From an uncultured Thermoplasmata archaeon (GTDB lineage Archaea > Thermoplasmatota > Thermoplasmata > Lutacidiplasmatales > UBA184): a stretch of 64,000 bases of DNA. Both the position numbers and the translations under genes were made by a program. This document shows, one piece after another, positions 61,152-64,000 of this stretch (the first letter of the stretch is position 1; the number at the start of each line of letters is the position of its first letter). Location of the stretch: contig CAWEHV010000002.1 of NCBI GenBank assembly GCA_963809035.1, positions 2,240,361 to 2,304,360 on the forward strand. Direction: 5' to 3'. The notes beneath the pieces were generated by a model. The model ran no database searches. It saw nothing but the letters and a program-made list of their open reading frames with translations, and had not been told where the DNA came from.

Positions 61152-61164
61152 TCTCGCCTTGCGG
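60803..61164 (+). repeat. Second copy of the near-identical 3' tract (see 56163..56523)
   Basis: Direct comparison of the two stretches. Confidence 0.85.
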
Positions 61165-61170
61165 TCCTTC

Positions 61171-61218
61171 CGTCTCACTTTGAGAGAGGGGTTATCGCCC
61201 GGTCGAAAGGCCTAATAC
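61171..61218 (+). promoter_or_regulatory. Conserved upstream element copy 4 (CGTCTCACTTTGAG ... TAATAC)
   Basis: Box ~85 nt and an A/T hexamer ~45 nt before ATG 61258. Nearly identical to copy 2. Confidence 0.4.
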
Positions 61219-61257
61219 CCAATCCGGTCCAGCGAGGGCAGCGCCCGGTTGCCAATC

Positions 61258-61449
61258 ATGCGGTTCTCGTGGCTGGTGGGCACACTCGCCCTCCTCACCG
61301 TAGGAATCCTCACGCTGCCGGGAGTCCTGACCAGCGGGGACGCCGAGCTGGGAGGTTCTTCGACTCCCGGAGGGGGCGGCGCCGCCGGTCCGAGCATGCC
61401 CTTCGACGCCTACCTCACCCGCAAACGAGGATCGGGAGTCTCCCTCTGA
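61258..61449 (+). pseudogene. 5' remnant of a fourth surface-protein paralog (signal peptide + ~40 aa only)
   Basis: MRFSWLVGTLALLTVGILTLPGVLTSG...GPSMPFDAYLT aligns with MRSSWLVVTLALTTLGILTLPGVLASG...GSSLTINAYLT of paralog 2. Similarity decays and a TGA follows at 61447-61449. Confidence 0.6.
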
Positions 61450-61472
61450 CGGACGCCCTCGCCCACGTCGGC

Positions 61473-63641
61473 ATGGCGGGAACCTTCGGCGTCTCGCGGA
61501 GCTCCTGGCCTCCCTGGTTCCAGAGCTTTCTCAATTGGGTTTCGGGCGTGGGTCACTCTCTCGTCGTCCTCCTATCGCCCATCCTCGACCCGTTGGGAAC
61601 GGTGGGCAGGCATTACGGGATCCCGTTCGGGGCGGTCGTTTCCGGCCTGGTTCTCGGCGCCATCGTATCGTTCTCGATCGCCTGGCTGGCCGACCGGCCC
61701 ACGACGGACGGACCGGGGACGAATGCGATGGTGGCCCGGTGGCCGTGGGAGGGGCCGCCCCCGGATCCCTCCCCCTCCGCCGGAGCCCCCTCAGCCCCGA
61801 GCGTCCGGGTCTACGGCAAGGACGGGGTGACCGTCCTCCCGATGCGGGGGGCGGGCGAGCACCCATCGCTCCGCCTCCCCCGCGCGCGCGGGTTCGTCTT
61901 CGTCCTAGTCGGGTTGTTCGCCACGTCGGGGTTCCTCCTGCTCTACTTCTATGGACGAATCTTCAACCATTACGACCACCTGGTCGCCTTGGCCGGGACG
62001 TTCCTCTACTGGCCTCTCCATTGGCCGGGGATCTACACCGTCGGCGCCAACGCGCTCGACGTGCCGGACTACATCTTCCCGATGTACCTGGCCGCGATGT
62101 TCGCGTTCGTCGTCGCGAGCGGTCTGCTCTTCAATCGACCCCACCATTCGGTCCGACGCCGCGCCTTCGCGCTTGGGATCATCCTGTTCTACATCGCCAT
62201 GGAGGTCTTCCTCGACGCCCTGCTCTTCACGGTGCCGGGCCGCGAGGTGCGCGACTTTGGCCTCCTGGTGCGGACGCTGACCGGAGGCCTGTTCATGGTG
62301 ACGCTCATGTTCTGCGCCACCTATCTCCCGAAGCCCCAGCGCCTACCCGCCCGCTTTCCACGCGACCGGGGCGCGGTCGGAGCGTTTGTGGGGATCGGGG
62401 GTCTGGCCGTGGGGCTGTCGGTCGTACTCGTGCTCGTCGTCTCCGATCTCCTGGGCGTGACCGGCCTCCTGCTCCCGTTCACGCTCCTGCTCCTCGTTCC
62501 CCTTCTCTCGCTCACCGTCTTCGGCGTGATCGCGCGACCGTTCTATTTCCGCTACGTCCGCCGCAGTCATCTCCCTCCCCTTGCGGCCTACCATCCCTCC
62601 GTGTCGATCGTGATGCCCGCCTTCAACGAGGAAGAGTGGATCTGGGAGACCATCCTCGCGGCTGACAAGGCCGCCGGACTGTATCCGGGCGATGTCGAGA
62701 TCATCGTGGGAAATGACGGGTCCACGGACCATACGCTGGAACTCGCCCGGGCCGCGATCGGGCATCTCCAGCACGCGAAGGGGTACGTCGTCGACCTTCC
62801 CCACGGTGGCAAGTCGAACGCGCTCAACGGCGCCCTGGCCCTCGCGCGCCACGAGATCGTCCTGCGGTGCGACGCCGACACGCACATCTCGGCGGAGCTC
62901 GGGTTCGGAGAGATGATACGCCACTTCGCCGACCCCACGGTCGGCGGGGTCCAGGGCGCGCTGCACCCGCTCCAGCACAACGGGTGGACCCGGAAATTGC
63001 GGGCCCTCGAGATCGCGTGGATGCACTACCTGCTCCGTCCGGCGAACATGGGGACCCGATCGGCCGAGGTCATCGACGGACTCTTCTCCGCGTTCCGTCG
63101 AAAGGACCTGGTCGAGCTCGGGGGCTGGGTCCCTTGGAACGGGGAGGACACTGAGATCTCGATGCGAGTCCAGCGACTCGGTTACCGCATCCGGATCGAG
63201 TTCGGCTCGCTCGCTTTCGAAGATGTGCCGAAGGACTACGAAGCACTGCGCCGTCAGCGCGTGCGCTGGGCCCGCGGTATCCTGATGGCCAACGGCCAGC
63301 ACTACGTCTCCCTCTTCGGCCCGACACCCGAGTACTGCGGCGTCTCCGTCTTCTTCTGGTTCCTGCTCTTGATGCGCTCGGGCGTGCGCAGCCTCGTCTA
63401 CCTCTATCTGGCGGTGCTGATCGTCGTCCTCGGGGTTCCGGCGCTCGCCTTTACCGCGGCGCTCTTCCTCATCGGGATCGCGATCCGTGCGGTCCCGATC
63501 GGCTACTTCCTCGCCAAGATGGGACGGAAGGACGTGCTCCTATGGATCCCGTTCTTCCCGGTCGCGAACGTCATCAAGCAGTCGTTCCGGTTCGAGGGGT
63601 ACGGCACCCTCGGCCCGAACGCCGCCCAGGAATACATTTAG
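61473..63641 (+). CDS. Processive-type family-2 glycosyltransferase (cellulose/chitin/PNAG-synthase-like) with a ~400-aa polytopic N-terminal extension
   Basis: From ATG 61473: VSIVMPAFNEEE, VGNDGSTD, RCDADT (DxD), WNGEDTE (TED) and QRVRWARG (QxxRW), followed by 3-4 C-terminal TM helices. The upstream part of track ORF 61269.. overlaps the remnant and is Arg-rich. Confidence 0.85.
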   Translation: MAGTFGVSRSSWPPWFQSFLNWVSGVGHSLVVLLSPILDPLGTVGRHYGIPFGAVVSGLVLGAIVSFSIAWLADRPTTDGPGTNAMVARWPWEGPPPDPSPSAGAPSAPSVRVYGKDGVTVLPMRGAGEHPSLRLPRARGFVFVLVGLFATSGFLLLYFYGRIFNHYDHLVALAGTFLYWPLHWPGIYTVGANALDVPDYIFPMYLAAMFAFVVASGLLFNRPHHSVRRRAFALGIILFYIAMEVFLDALLFTVPGREVRDFGLLVRTLTGGLFMVTLMFCATYLPKPQRLPARFPRDRGAVGAFVGIGGLAVGLSVVLVLVVSDLLGVTGLLLPFTLLLLVPLLSLTVFGVIARPFYFRYVRRSHLPPLAAYHPSVSIVMPAFNEEEWIWETILAADKAAGLYPGDVEIIVGNDGSTDHTLELARAAIGHLQHAKGYVVDLPHGGKSNALNGALALARHEIVLRCDADTHISAELGFGEMIRHFADPTVGGVQGALHPLQHNGWTRKLRALEIAWMHYLLRPANMGTRSAEVIDGLFSAFRRKDLVELGGWVPWNGEDTEISMRVQRLGYRIRIEFGSLAFEDVPKDYEALRRQRVRWARGILMANGQHYVSLFGPTPEYCGVSVFFWFLLLMRSGVRSLVYLYLAVLIVVLGVPALAFTAALFLIGIAIRAVPIGYFLAKMGRKDVLLWIPFFPVANVIKQSFRFEGYGTLGPNAAQEYI

Positions 63642-63664
63642 GCCCCGGGCGGGGCGTTGGAGCC

Positions 63665-64000
63665 CTACGTCCGGCGGCTCATGAAGAACGTCTGGTGGTG
63701 GTGCGGGCCCTCGTAGCGGGCCGCCGCGAACTTGCACAGGCTGTCCGCGTTCGGCTCGCATCCGCCGCAGTTGCGCTCCGCGGGCACCGGGGCGCGGACC
63801 GAATCCTCGCGGACCTGGCGCAGGGCGACCCGCAACCAGCTCTGCTCGGCCTCCCCGTAGGGGATGCGAACCCATCCCTCGCGCTGGCCGTCGCCGGCCT
63901 GGTCGCCGTAGAGGACGATCCCGTAGGGGACCTTCCGTCCGAACGCCGCCTCGACGAGGCGGCACTCGGCGACGGACTGGACCGTGTCGAATAGCCGCCC
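63665..64000 (-). CDS. PD-(D/E)XK nuclease, Cas4/RecB-like C-terminal part (5' end beyond window)
   Basis: Not in the ORF track because no start lies in the window. The frame is open from 64000 to TAG at 63665-63667 with strong GC3 bias. Translation is ...VQSVAECRLVEAAFGRKVPYGIVLYG...ERNCGGCEPNADSLCKF..., a Cas4-like C-terminal Cys cluster. Confidence 0.45.
   Translation of the reverse strand, partial: GRLFDTVQSVAECRLVEAAFGRKVPYGIVLYGDQAGDGQREGWVRIPYGEAEQSWLRVALRQVREDSVRAPVPAERNCGGCEPNADSLCKFAAARYEGPHHHQTFFMSRRT

Noticed and set aside
48530-61183. CRISPR array or other nucleotide-level periodic repeat in the highly repetitive 48-61 kb region
   Set aside because: The repetition is at the protein-domain level (diverged ~250-300-nt modules within long ORFs with signal peptides). 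It is not short identical repeats separated by unique spacers.

Overview
GC-rich archaeal chromosomal window. It looks most like a Thermoplasmata-type euryarchaeon: it has the PolD small subunit, archaeal DnaG, XPD, a stand-alone 23S rRNA gene with no 16S or 5S nearby, and a sulfocyanin/SoxM-like aerobic respiratory chain. Layout: 0-5.9 kb is housekeeping (RNase HII, PdaD, RlmE, tRNA-Pro). 5.9-18.6 kb is a large, mostly minus-strand respiratory cluster: ctaB, short ctaA, oxidase subunit I, cytochrome b, Rieske protein, embedded TatA/B/C, a PhoU-like regulator, sulfocyanin, a two-piece subunit II, and a tandem cupredoxin. 18.7-45.2 kb is mixed: a CBS-ParB fusion, gmhA-hddA heptose genes, XPD, fixX-like ferredoxin, mdh, panE, pgk, cutA, PolD-DP1, DnaG, a Lon-like AAA+ ATPase, tRNA-Val, pntAB with a frameshifted pntAA, an orphan DNA methyltransferase, and two paralogous GT-C-like membrane proteins. 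45.26-48.19 kb is 23S rRNA (minus strand). 48.4-63.6 kb is the most unusual region. It holds three tandem paralogous giant surface proteins (signal peptide, clan GH-A-like catalytic domain, repeated 'GLPxGTxW' modules, many N-x-S/T sequons, C-terminal TM anchor) plus a 5' remnant of a fourth copy. Each copy sits behind the same upstream DNA motif. A large processive-type GT2 (QxxRW) membrane glycan synthase follows immediately. I propose this as a candidate surface-glycan/exopolysaccharide synthesis and remodelling locus. Four single-base frame disruptions occur in otherwise conserved genes (coxII, pntAA, surface paralogs 2 and 3), so assembly error versus real biology needs checking. I saw no CRISPR array, transposase or integrase. 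Many long alternative-frame and antisense ORFs in the track are GC-content artefacts.
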